Source: a virus
Taxonomy: Duplodnaviria > Caudoviricetes
DNA: 29,031 nt
Strand: one strand, 5' to 3'
IMG/VR virus record: IMGVR_UViG_3300020161_000747
Coordinates: 1 to 29,031 of that record
Below are positions 6,574-14,404 of the stretch, in pieces. Position 1 is the first letter of the stretch. Every line of letters begins with the position of its first letter. The notes beneath the pieces were generated by a model that was given only the letters and a program-made list of their open reading frames with translations, was not told the DNA's origin and did not search any database. The position numbers and the translations under genes are program-made.

Positions 6574-7629
6574 CTAATAATTCCACCTAACACGCGGACG
6601 CCCTTTGCGTATCCCTAGATGCACAAATCCTTTGGGAGCGCCGTAACCTACGCTGTACTGCCAGTGCTTGTCGCAATACTCTTGCACCTTGTAGATATCA
6701 ACGCCTTCAATGTAGAAATCAACAGCGCCTACGTCAGGTGCATCAAATAAGTGCTCCGAACTGCTAGCGCCACCAACCATCCGATTGACAGAAACTGGAC
6801 GGTAGCCGCTAGTGATGATCAGCGGTTTGCCGCCAAAATGCGCCCTTACCTTTTCTAAAAACTCAGCCAGCTCTGTAGCAGTCTTGATCTGATAATCAGC
6901 AGCGAAACGCCGTTCCTCTTGATTGAGCGCAAACTCACCGATAGCAATGTGCGGGGTCAGCTTGGCGCTAAACGGCGCGGTAGGACGCAGCTTTGGTGGT
7001 CCCTGCTGTTTTTGGACGCTGCCAGTAAACAGCGCGACCTCATCCTTCCTGCGATTGACTAGACCCTCTAGGACTTTGTTGCCTGCTTTGTTCCAGCGTG
7101 GCAGCTCCTCGATTACGACCTTGGTGGCATCCTCGCCAGCCAGCAGCCGTTTACGCAGCGTGCTTTCTTCCAGCGCACCTAGCCCGACGTTGTAGGCAAA
7201 ACTGATGATCGCTGCAGTCTGCTCACCGCGCCATTTTTTCGCCAGCGCCAGCAGTGCGAAAACACCAGGCGCAAACAGGTTCTCGACCTCATGCAGCAGC
7301 ATCTCATCGGCTTCCTGCTGCGTAATCGTGTCACCCATGCGGACGGCACGATTCGCTAGCCGTGTCGCACCGTACCCAATGGTCGGCACATCAGCAGGAC
7401 AGCGGTACGCTTCCAGCCTGCAGCCCTCCCACTTTTTGATGAGCTTTAGGGCAGGCGCCAGCCATGCAGCAGGCAGCGGATCCTTAGCAACAGGATCGGC
7501 GCGATACAGCTCAGCAAACTGTTCTAACGCCTCCTTGCTAACGCGCTCCTGCAGCCAGTCCCACGCTGCTAGCTGATGCGGTAACTGCTTGAAATGCTTG
7601 GCAGCGTCACGCAGTTGAATCGTGCTCAT
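6574..7629 (-). CDS. Endolysin: N-terminal domain + GH24 lysozyme + peptidase M15 domain
   Basis: WEGCRLEAYRCPADVPTIGYG, AIISFAYNVG, GLVNRR (GH24); ITSGYR..N..VGGA..SEH..AVD..GFVHL (M15). Confidence 0.9.
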   Translation of the reverse strand: MSTIQLRDAAKHFKQLPHQLAAWDWLQERVSKEALEQFAELYRADPVAKDPLPAAWLAPALKLIKKWEGCRLEAYRCPADVPTIGYGATRLANRAVRMGDTITQQEADEMLLHEVENLFAPGVFALLALAKKWRGEQTAAIISFAYNVGLGALEESTLRKRLLAGEDATKVVIEELPRWNKAGNKVLEGLVNRRKDEVALFTGSVQKQQGPPKLRPTAPFSAKLTPHIAIGEFALNQEERRFAADYQIKTATELAEFLEKVRAHFGGKPLIITSGYRPVSVNRMVGGASSSEHLFDAPDVGAVDFYIEGVDIYKVQEYCDKHWQYSVGYGAPKGFVHLGIRKGRPRVRWNY

Positions 7630-7886
7630 TGATCGGACCAGGGGGACTTGATCTCCATTGCGCCGCCTAACTTGCGGCTTTCACCAGTTTGCAACTCATC
7701 ATTGATTTCATGATGAATGACAACAGGCATAGGCTGCTCAGGTTGCGCCTGATGCCAGCGTTTTTCCTCGCGGTCTAAACGCGGTTTGAGTGTCTTCTCA
7801 AACTTGTTGTCTCGCGCCCAACGGCTCAAATAATGCCGCCAGTCTTTATCGCCAAACCGCGCCAGCCATACGGTATCGGCATTCAA
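7626..7886 (-). CDS. Hypothetical protein in lysis cassette
   Basis: TTG start overlaps the upstream TGA; the stop overlaps the endolysin ATG. Confidence 0.65.
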   Translation of the reverse strand: MNADTVWLARFGDKDWRHYLSRWARDNKFEKTLKPRLDREEKRWHQAQPEQPMPVVIHHEINDELQTGESRKLGGAMEIKSPWSDQ

Positions 7887-8020
7887 CGCTTTGGGAACAC
7901 CACCTTCAGCGCCTTGACCAGCAGTTGAATCCAGCCGTTTTCCTTGATCGGCAGCAGGCTGATAATTTCAGAGCCAGCGGCGATCACAATGGCGATAACA
8001 GCAGCAGTAGTCGGATCCAT
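7883..8020 (-). CDS. Putative holin-like small membrane protein, 45 aa (absent from ORF track)
   Basis: MDPTTAAVIAIVIAAGSEIISLLPIKENGWIQLLVKALKVVFPKR: hydrophobic with basic C-terminus, upstream of the endolysin. Confidence 0.7.
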   Translation of the reverse strand: MDPTTAAVIAIVIAAGSEIISLLPIKENGWIQLLVKALKVVFPKR

Positions 8021-8022
8021 GA

Positions 8023-8274
8023 TCAACAGGATGGCGGACGTACTTCCAGCTTAGAGACTCGCTGCTCAACAGTATTAAGACGAGAGAAGAACTCTTTACG
8101 ATCTTCCTTAATGTCTGTATGCAGCACTTCCAACTGAGTGGCAATATGCTCTACGGCTGAAGTAAGCCTGATAACAGCATCTCGCGCTTCATCAGACTTG
8201 CGCGAAAAACCCATAGCACCCATCGCCGCAACTGAAATAGAAGCACCAGCTACGGCTGCAAAAACTTCAATCAT
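8023..8274 (-). CDS. Membrane-anchored coiled-coil protein (lysis-associated candidate)
   Basis: N-terminal hydrophobic helix, then heptads (RLNTVEQRVSKLE). Confidence 0.7.
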   Translation of the reverse strand: MIEVFAAVAGASISVAAMGAMGFSRKSDEARDAVIRLTSAVEHIATQLEVLHTDIKEDRKEFFSRLNTVEQRVSKLEVRPPSC

Positions 8275-8298
8275 GACGACGGATGCTACAGATACAGG

Positions 8299-8433
8299 TT
8301 ACTTGCCCTGCCCTCTTGTCTTTTTGCGCCCGTGATTGGGCAGGCTGTTTTGACCTTGACCCTGCCGGGTCCGCTTCGGTTTGCCGGGCTGGTGCTCGAC
8401 ACGTCCCAGTGCGGTCTTCGATTTGACTGCCAT
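8299..8433 (-). CDS. Small basic 44-aa protein (absent from ORF track)
   Basis: MAVKSKTALGRVEHQPGKPKRTRQGQGQNSLPNHGRKKTRGQGK; fills the gap between neighbours. Confidence 0.75.
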   Translation of the reverse strand: MAVKSKTALGRVEHQPGKPKRTRQGQGQNSLPNHGRKKTRGQGK

Positions 8434-8435
8434 GA

Positions 8436-8747
8436 TCAGTTATTCCAGGGAACGCCGGCAGCTTTGGACGGATGACGTTGCTCGTCGATTTGTGCCTGAA
8501 GAGCAGCTTCAATTTCGGCAACTTTCGGGTCACCGCCAAGGGCTTCCTTGACCCAGCCGATTACTTCATCCTCAGTCAAGTCTGAATACGGGATCAGGTT
8601 GTCGGGGCGCTGGAAACCGATGCTGCCGTATGCCGAGCTGGAATACGTGCCATCGTTGGCGGCAATGGTGTAATGAGCAGTAAAAACGAAGCCGTCGTCG
8701 GTTTCGCGCTCAAGGGTGCTGATACCCCACGTGAAGGTGGTGGCCAT
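8436..8747 (-). CDS. Small tail-fibre-associated protein
   Basis: TFTWGISTLER...IPYSDLTEDEVIGWVKEALG...GVPW pattern, directly downstream of the fibre. Confidence 0.75.
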   Translation of the reverse strand: MATTFTWGISTLERETDDGFVFTAHYTIAANDGTYSSSAYGSIGFQRPDNLIPYSDLTEDEVIGWVKEALGGDPKVAEIEAALQAQIDEQRHPSKAAGVPWNN

Positions 8748-8818
8748 GGTAAAAACCGTGTTCGCTAGCAGGTTAGTAGTGGTGCAACCAGTTGGATAGT
8801 GCCGGTTGCCCGCACGAG

Positions 8819-8833
8819 TAGTGAAGGGGACTA
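8819..8833. repeat. TAGT-N7-ACTA site immediately after the tail-fibre stop
   Basis: Minus strand: TGA T TAGT CCCCTTC ACTA CT. Confidence 0.8.
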
Positions 8834-8834
8834 A

Positions 8835-10724
8835 TCAGTTTGCCTGCATGATGATCCAGTTGGTGCCATCACTTACTAATGTTGCAAATCTGCCGGCAGT
8901 AGCCGCAAGTATTGCAGTACCGGCCGCGCCGCCTGCAAGTGGAACCACATTGGAAGATGCTGAGACGACCGTGAATGCAGCAATGGTTTTTAGCATGATT
9001 TCACGGCCAGTCCAAGCACTTGCAGTTGGTAGCGTCACCGTGATGGAGGCTGTGCCGTTGCAGATCAGCCAGTTTTCTGTGATGCCGACAGTAAACGCCC
9101 CTGTCTTTGTAACAGGAGCACCACGCCCAATGGCACCTGCATACCTAGCAAAACCATTGCTATCAATACGCAGGCGCTCCGTCGGAGAAGAAGCCCCATC
9201 CGCCGTTGTAGAAAATACGAGGCGGCCTGGCATGTCGTTAGTGCCGGGGGTGCCGTCTACAGCTACGGTGATAGAAGCTGCGCTAACAAAGTTAGTACCG
9301 TCGTCACCAGTAAACTGGATTCCACCAAGGCCGTCTCCGCTTTGAACAATGGCGCGAGTTCCGACGCTTGCGCCACGAGATTTGCTAAAAATGTATTCTG
9401 AAAAAGCGGTATTATCTGACCAGCGACCACTGTTTACATAAGCGAGTGCGCCGGTGCCGTGCACCTGTAACCCCGCTCCGAGTAACGCGGTAAAGCTTGT
9501 AGACGTACCAACCAAGAGCCTGCCGCTGGAGTCGATGCGGGCGAGCTCACTGGATGGTCCTTGAACAATGAGCGGTGCAGTTGATGCTGCAGCTTTGATA
9601 TCAAGCGTGCCTCCAGGGCTTGTGCCAATCCCTACTCTGCTGTTGTTATCTACAGTCAATGCAGTGGTTGGCGAACTTGTAGCGCCCCGTTTGATATAAA
9701 TATTGCCCGTAGTGCGTTCAAAGCCAATTTCCGCTGTGGTTTCGCTTGTATTTGCCGAGCCAAACTGCATGTAGGAGTATGCGTTTGCGCCAACGTCAAA
9801 GCGGAAGCCGTCCTGTACATTGATCTGAAACTTGGCTGCTGGGCTCGCAGTGCCAATCCCTACGTTGCCTGCAAAGTAATTAGCAGCAGTGCCGTTAGCG
9901 TAGAAGTTAAAACGACCAGTGCCAGAAGCAATGTTGCTATAGAAACCAAAGTTATTAGTGGCGCCTGTTAAAGCAGCGTCAGCAAAGAACCCGTACTGAC
10001 TGGTGATAGCCGATCCAGCGCCAACAGTGCTCTGGCTTGCCTTGTAGTGCGTTAAATTGCCAAGAGTAAACGCAGCCGCTTGCGTTGAGATATAGCTAGA
10101 ATGACTTGTATATACGTTAGTCTGTGCCGAGCTAACTACTGTATCATCATAAATACCATTGGCGGTTGTTCCAGAGCTATAGTTAGCCGTGCCTCCGCCA
10201 ACGCCAATCTTTTCATTGCCTGTATAAGATCGGCCAACAAGTACGTTGCCTGCCGAGGTGATGCGCAGGCGTTCGGTGCCATTAGTGCTGATGGCTACTT
10301 GGTCTGCGCCGGGGGAGTAGATGCCGGTGTTGGTATCGCCGCTAAAGAACAATCCGGGGGTGCTGACGCTGCCCGCAATAATCCCCAGCGCACCGGTCAT
10401 CGTGTCGCCGTTCACGTCAACAAACGTGCCGGTCTCACTGCGCCATGCGCTACCGTCCCACACCTTGAACACATAGGTGCCGCCGGTGGTATCCAGCCAC
10501 TGCTCACCCAGCGTGTTACCAGTTTCACCACCAGAAGCAGGACTAGCGTTTGGTGCCGTGGTGCCAACATGCACAGGACCAACCTTCACAAGGCTGCCGC
10601 TGGCACTTTTGAAAAATAGTCCGGGGCTTGTCGCTTCAGTATTAATAGCAATCTGCCCGTCAGACATCGCCGCAGGGGTCGGGCGCTTGTTGGCGGTGCT
10701 ACTACGAAGATGCTGCAGAGCCAT
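8835..10724 (-). CDS. Modular tail fibre / receptor-binding protein
   Basis: Repeated ERLRI.S.G and VGIGT.SP beta-modules, N-terminal anchor, C-terminal TVTLP...SDGTNW domain. Confidence 0.85.
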   Translation of the reverse strand: MALQHLRSSTANKRPTPAAMSDGQIAINTEATSPGLFFKSASGSLVKVGPVHVGTTAPNASPASGGETGNTLGEQWLDTTGGTYVFKVWDGSAWRSETGTFVDVNGDTMTGALGIIAGSVSTPGLFFSGDTNTGIYSPGADQVAISTNGTERLRITSAGNVLVGRSYTGNEKIGVGGGTANYSSGTTANGIYDDTVVSSAQTNVYTSHSSYISTQAAAFTLGNLTHYKASQSTVGAGSAITSQYGFFADAALTGATNNFGFYSNIASGTGRFNFYANGTAANYFAGNVGIGTASPAAKFQINVQDGFRFDVGANAYSYMQFGSANTSETTAEIGFERTTGNIYIKRGATSSPTTALTVDNNSRVGIGTSPGGTLDIKAAASTAPLIVQGPSSELARIDSSGRLLVGTSTSFTALLGAGLQVHGTGALAYVNSGRWSDNTAFSEYIFSKSRGASVGTRAIVQSGDGLGGIQFTGDDGTNFVSAASITVAVDGTPGTNDMPGRLVFSTTADGASSPTERLRIDSNGFARYAGAIGRGAPVTKTGAFTVGITENWLICNGTASITVTLPTASAWTGREIMLKTIAAFTVVSASSNVVPLAGGAAGTAILAATAGRFATLVSDGTNWIIMQAN

Positions 10725-10772
10725 TCCTTAACACCCCAGCGGGGGCTGGAAATTACCTCTGAAGTCTACGTA

Positions 10773-12695
10773 TCAGTACGTTCCTTCGTTGATATTGACC
10801 GTGCCGTCAAAGGTAGCCGTACCAGTTACATCTAGTGTTCCAGGGATGTCGATGTTGCTTGTCCACTCAACACCGGTGCCGGCTGCATCGGTTTGCAGCA
10901 GTTGGCGAGCAGTACCATCGGCAAGTTTGCTGACGGCAATTTCAGCACTAGCACTAATGTCTGCGTCAACAATGCTGGCATTACCCGAGACCAGTACGTT
11001 GCCGCTTTGATTCGGGAAAGTAATCGTGCGGTCAGCCGTTGGATCGGTGACGGTAATTGTGGTTTCATTTGCATCAGCCGTGCTGCCTTCAAACACCAGC
11101 GAACCGGTGGTGCCAATCAGCAGCTCACCAGTCATGGTGCCGCCAGCCTTAGCCAGCTTGTCGTCCTCTAGTTCCTGCAGTGCGGTTTGGACGTTGGTAG
11201 CAGCAATACCGCCGTAAGGCGTAAAGGTAATGTTGCTGGCTAACTGACCGCCAATACCACTGGAAACGTCAACGAGATCCCAAGCGGTGCCGCTAGACAC
11301 CAGCATGTCCGGTGGCGCCAGTGCAACAGCCGGTGCAGGCGAAGTGCCCGTGCCACTGACTGAAACAACAACGTAGTAGCGCAGGTTGTTGGCAGATGCT
11401 GCAGGTAGTGCGGCACTAATAATCAAGCCGGCAGCCGTACCAGCAGCAGTGACAGAGGCAACCGTGTTTGTGCTGGCGTTATACGTACCGGCGTACAACA
11501 ATTCACCGGCGGTAATGGTGATCGGCGTCCAAGCGTTGCCGTTCCAGAGATAAAGGTCGCCGTTTAGTTCGTCGTAGAAATACTGCCCTTTGTATTCAGG
11601 CGTGGGGAATGTGACGACACCGGCTGTGCTACCAGCACCACCAAATTGAACGACTGCCGAGTCAGCAATCTTGGCGCCGGTGATTGAGTTTGTGCCGTAA
11701 AGACTGGCGCTAAACGTACCAGTGGTAATTTTGCTGGCCGCAAGATTCGGAATATCGGTGTCGGCTAACGCTGCACCGCCTGTGACGTGCCCTTGGGCGT
11801 CATAAGTAATTTTGGTTGCCGTGGCAGCCGTGACGCTATTGCTGTGATTAAGGGCGCCAGCGCCAGTAACCGTGAGACCCGTGCCCGGTTGGACGGCGCC
11901 ATTTCCGCCGATTGTGGCTATCGGTAAGTCAGTGCCGATGATGGCGCGACCACCAGTAACTAAACCCTTGGAGTTGAAGTTGACGACTGTGTAATCAGTA
12001 GGGCTGGCGGTTACGTCGTTATTGATTTCAATGGTGCTGCCGTCCATACGCAGCCCTTCGCCGTTGACCTGCACAGCACCTTTGGCGCTAGTGGTCGCTG
12101 TTGGCAGGTCGGTCGGGTCAATCGTCCGATAACTGACCGCACCAGCAGCGTTGGTGGGACCAGCCAGAAATTGATTGGCGGCGCCGGTGTTATCCAGCGT
12201 TGCCGCGATGGTGACGGTATCGCCGGAGGTCGTAATACCGATATTGACGATGCCGGCGGTGTCACCGTTAACGGTGTTGATCGAACCAGCCGCTTTGATG
12301 CTCTGCCAAGTGCTGCCGTCCCAGCAGTAAACCTTCAGGTCGTCGGTATCCAGTGCCAGTTGGCCTGTGTACGCACCACTTGCCGGAAGGGTGGTAACGA
12401 GGTCAACGGTGGATTCGTTGGCGAGTTTTGCTGCGGTGACTGCGCCAGAAGCAAGTTGGGTGGCGCCGATACCGCCGGTGGCGATGGCTGAGCCAGCAAT
12501 TTGACCGCTGGTGAAAACGATCTTGGCGCCGGGGATGGTGGCGTCTGCAATCAGGGTGACGCCGTACCCGATGGCGTCGGTGACCGTGATTTTCTTGGTT
12601 TCGCTGGCGCTTACGTCTGCAACGGCAAAAAAGTCGCCGCCGGCAAGGTTCGCACCAGTTAGCTGCGGGAGTTCACTGATTCTCAGGTCGCTCAT
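10773..12695 (-). CDS. Long tail fibre / proximal fibre protein
   Basis: RISELP N-terminus; repeats LP.AT....GAVQ, G.VTGG and Y.WDG..W; Gly/Thr/Ala-rich. Confidence 0.8.
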   Translation of the reverse strand: MSDLRISELPQLTGANLAGGDFFAVADVSASETKKITVTDAIGYGVTLIADATIPGAKIVFTSGQIAGSAIATGGIGATQLASGAVTAAKLANESTVDLVTTLPASGAYTGQLALDTDDLKVYCWDGSTWQSIKAAGSINTVNGDTAGIVNIGITTSGDTVTIAATLDNTGAANQFLAGPTNAAGAVSYRTIDPTDLPTATTSAKGAVQVNGEGLRMDGSTIEINNDVTASPTDYTVVNFNSKGLVTGGRAIIGTDLPIATIGGNGAVQPGTGLTVTGAGALNHSNSVTAATATKITYDAQGHVTGGAALADTDIPNLAASKITTGTFSASLYGTNSITGAKIADSAVVQFGGAGSTAGVVTFPTPEYKGQYFYDELNGDLYLWNGNAWTPITITAGELLYAGTYNASTNTVASVTAAGTAAGLIISAALPAASANNLRYYVVVSVSGTGTSPAPAVALAPPDMLVSSGTAWDLVDVSSGIGGQLASNITFTPYGGIAATNVQTALQELEDDKLAKAGGTMTGELLIGTTGSLVFEGSTADANETTITVTDPTADRTITFPNQSGNVLVSGNASIVDADISASAEIAVSKLADGTARQLLQTDAAGTGVEWTSNIDIPGTLDVTGTATFDGTVNINEGTY

Positions 12696-12698
12696 GGG

Positions 12699-13586
12699 TT
12701 ACTCCTGATCCTCCAGCAGCAAGTAAGAAGTTGGGTCTTGCTCAAGCTTGATTCTATCGCCGCTCTCCTGGACCAGATAGCTGGCTGCAATGGTCTGGGC
12801 TCGAAGTTGGATCGGACCAGTCGCTACGAAGTCGATGGTTGCTTGGATGCGATCTTCGGGAGTGAACGCCACGCCAGAACTGGTTACCAGTGCGTCAAAC
12901 TCCCACCACAACGAATCGTTTAACTGGCGAAATTGCGTTCCAGTCATTGAACCCGTGTCGGGCGATTTGATGTAAAACTTGCCGCTAAAAGACGAGCCAA
13001 CTTCTGTCCGCAATACAAGCTGCATCAGGTAGTTGACTGTCTCGTATTCCTTGTTGTTTTCGTAGTCCCAGATAGCGGTTAACGATCCACTGCCTGTGAT
13101 CAGGCTGCTGTATTGCGACCGGTATGTTTCGCTGAGAGCTGTAATATCAACGGTTTCGCGGTTGGTGTTTAGTTCGTAGCTAACAACGTCTCCCAGTACG
13201 CGGGCTACGGGGCTATCCATCGAAACGCTGATCGGAATGTTTCGCGCAATCGTTACAAGGTCGATCTTGTTTGTGTTTTTTAGTGCATCGCCGAATGTGT
13301 CGTGGAGTGTGACACCGCCTAGCTCATCAACGTGGATGTACCAGGAACCTGCTGTTTGGACGGTGGAATTAGCCCAGCCGCTTGCCGCGACAAAATCCAG
13401 CGTGGTGCCGTCTGTTGTAGCGATCTGGATACGATCTCCAGTTAACAAATAGCCTTGCTGGAAGTCGAAGCTGAAGCGATCTTTGGTGGCGTTTATGTCG
13501 GATGGATTTACAAGGGAGGTCAGTGGCGTTTCAGTCCCTTGGCGTTGCAGTTCAATGCTGCCCGTGTAGCCGAGATAAACGCCCAT
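12699..13586 (-). CDS. Tail-tube-like protein with insertion domain (collar / fibre attachment candidate)
   Basis: VVSYELNTNRETVDITAL...GSGSLT resembles the major tail protein. C-terminal YLVQESGDRIKLEQ..YLLLE. Confidence 0.65.
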   Translation of the reverse strand: MGVYLGYTGSIELQRQGTETPLTSLVNPSDINATKDRFSFDFQQGYLLTGDRIQIATTDGTTLDFVAASGWANSTVQTAGSWYIHVDELGGVTLHDTFGDALKNTNKIDLVTIARNIPISVSMDSPVARVLGDVVSYELNTNRETVDITALSETYRSQYSSLITGSGSLTAIWDYENNKEYETVNYLMQLVLRTEVGSSFSGKFYIKSPDTGSMTGTQFRQLNDSLWWEFDALVTSSGVAFTPEDRIQATIDFVATGPIQLRAQTIAASYLVQESGDRIKLEQDPTSYLLLEDQE

Positions 13587-14011
13587 CAGATTGTCACCGC
13601 TGTTAATGCGCCAGTGGCTTGGAAGTTGATTTGGGCACTGCTGACTTCACCCACCCCAACGCTGGTGCTGACGCTGGTGATATAAGCCGTCATCCGAATA
13701 TCGTTTGTTATCGTGCCATCCACAAAACGCAGTCGCAGATCAACTGTGTCGGTGCTGCTAACCCCAGTGGTTTTGATGACTTTTTTCAGCAGTGTGGCGG
13801 CATCGTTGCGGCCAGTGTCGTCTTTGTAGTACAGCAGCGTGGCGGATCCGCTGAAACCTTGGACGCCGGGGGTGTAACTGCGCTGACTGTCGCCAAGCGT
13901 GGTTGTTTCCAGCATTTCGGCGTCAGCTTGGACGCTCCAGTTGGTGACCTTGATCTGGGTGGTGCCGTCGATCAAGAGCTGACCGTCCCGACCGGAATAC
14001 GCTTTAGCCAT
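13586..14011 (-). CDS. Tail-tube-like minor protein
   Basis: VTNWSVQADAEMLETTTLGD..RSYTPG..GFSGSAT; AGGAGG RBS upstream. Confidence 0.7.
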   Translation of the reverse strand: MAKAYSGRDGQLLIDGTTQIKVTNWSVQADAEMLETTTLGDSQRSYTPGVQGFSGSATLLYYKDDTGRNDAATLLKKVIKTTGVSSTDTVDLRLRFVDGTITNDIRMTAYITSVSTSVGVGEVSSAQINFQATGALTAVTI

Positions 14012-14033
14012 GAGTCAGCCTCCTTGTTTCAGT

Positions 14034-14402
14034 TTAGAGAACAGCCACAAGCTTGACTGTTACGCTGCTACGCCCAGGGCGCACACTTGAAATTTCTGGT
14101 GGTCCTGAGTAACGCCAGTTGGTGCCAGCTCCAGAGTTGATGCTGCCTGGCGTCCAACCGGATGTGGTGTTGCCGGCAAGGCTGAAGGTGGAGTAGGTGC
14201 CTTTTGTTTCGTCAAAGTGTGTAACAAAAGCGTTGGCGTCGGTGTCGCTGATGTTGTCGAAGCTCAGTGACAGTTGCGCTCCAGTGCGACGGCTGCCGTA
14301 CAAAATGCGCGTCTCAACGCCGGACTGGCTTTGGAAGGTTTTGATTGGATAATCGCCGGCATCAAATGAACGTGATGTGGGCTTGAGATTCGGGAATGGC
14401 AT
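14034..14402 (-). CDS. Distal tail protein candidate (lambda gpM-like)
   Basis: Size about 120 aa, LSLSFDNI..F..HF...GT..F pattern, position in the tip module. Confidence 0.6.
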   Translation of the reverse strand: MPFPNLKPTSRSFDAGDYPIKTFQSQSGVETRILYGSRRTGAQLSLSFDNISDTDANAFVTHFDETKGTYSTFSLAGNTTSGWTPGSINSGAGTNWRYSGPPEISSVRPGRSSVTVKLVAVL

Positions 14403-14404
14403 CG

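Noticed and set aside
8267-8539. Track ORF 8267-8539 (-)
   Set aside because: It overlaps two better-supported genes; the 44-aa ORF 8299-8433 fits the gap.
8835-10724. Diversity-generating retroelement acting on the fibre
   Set aside because: No reverse transcriptase in the window, and no repeat pair of about 100 bp differing at adenines was seen.
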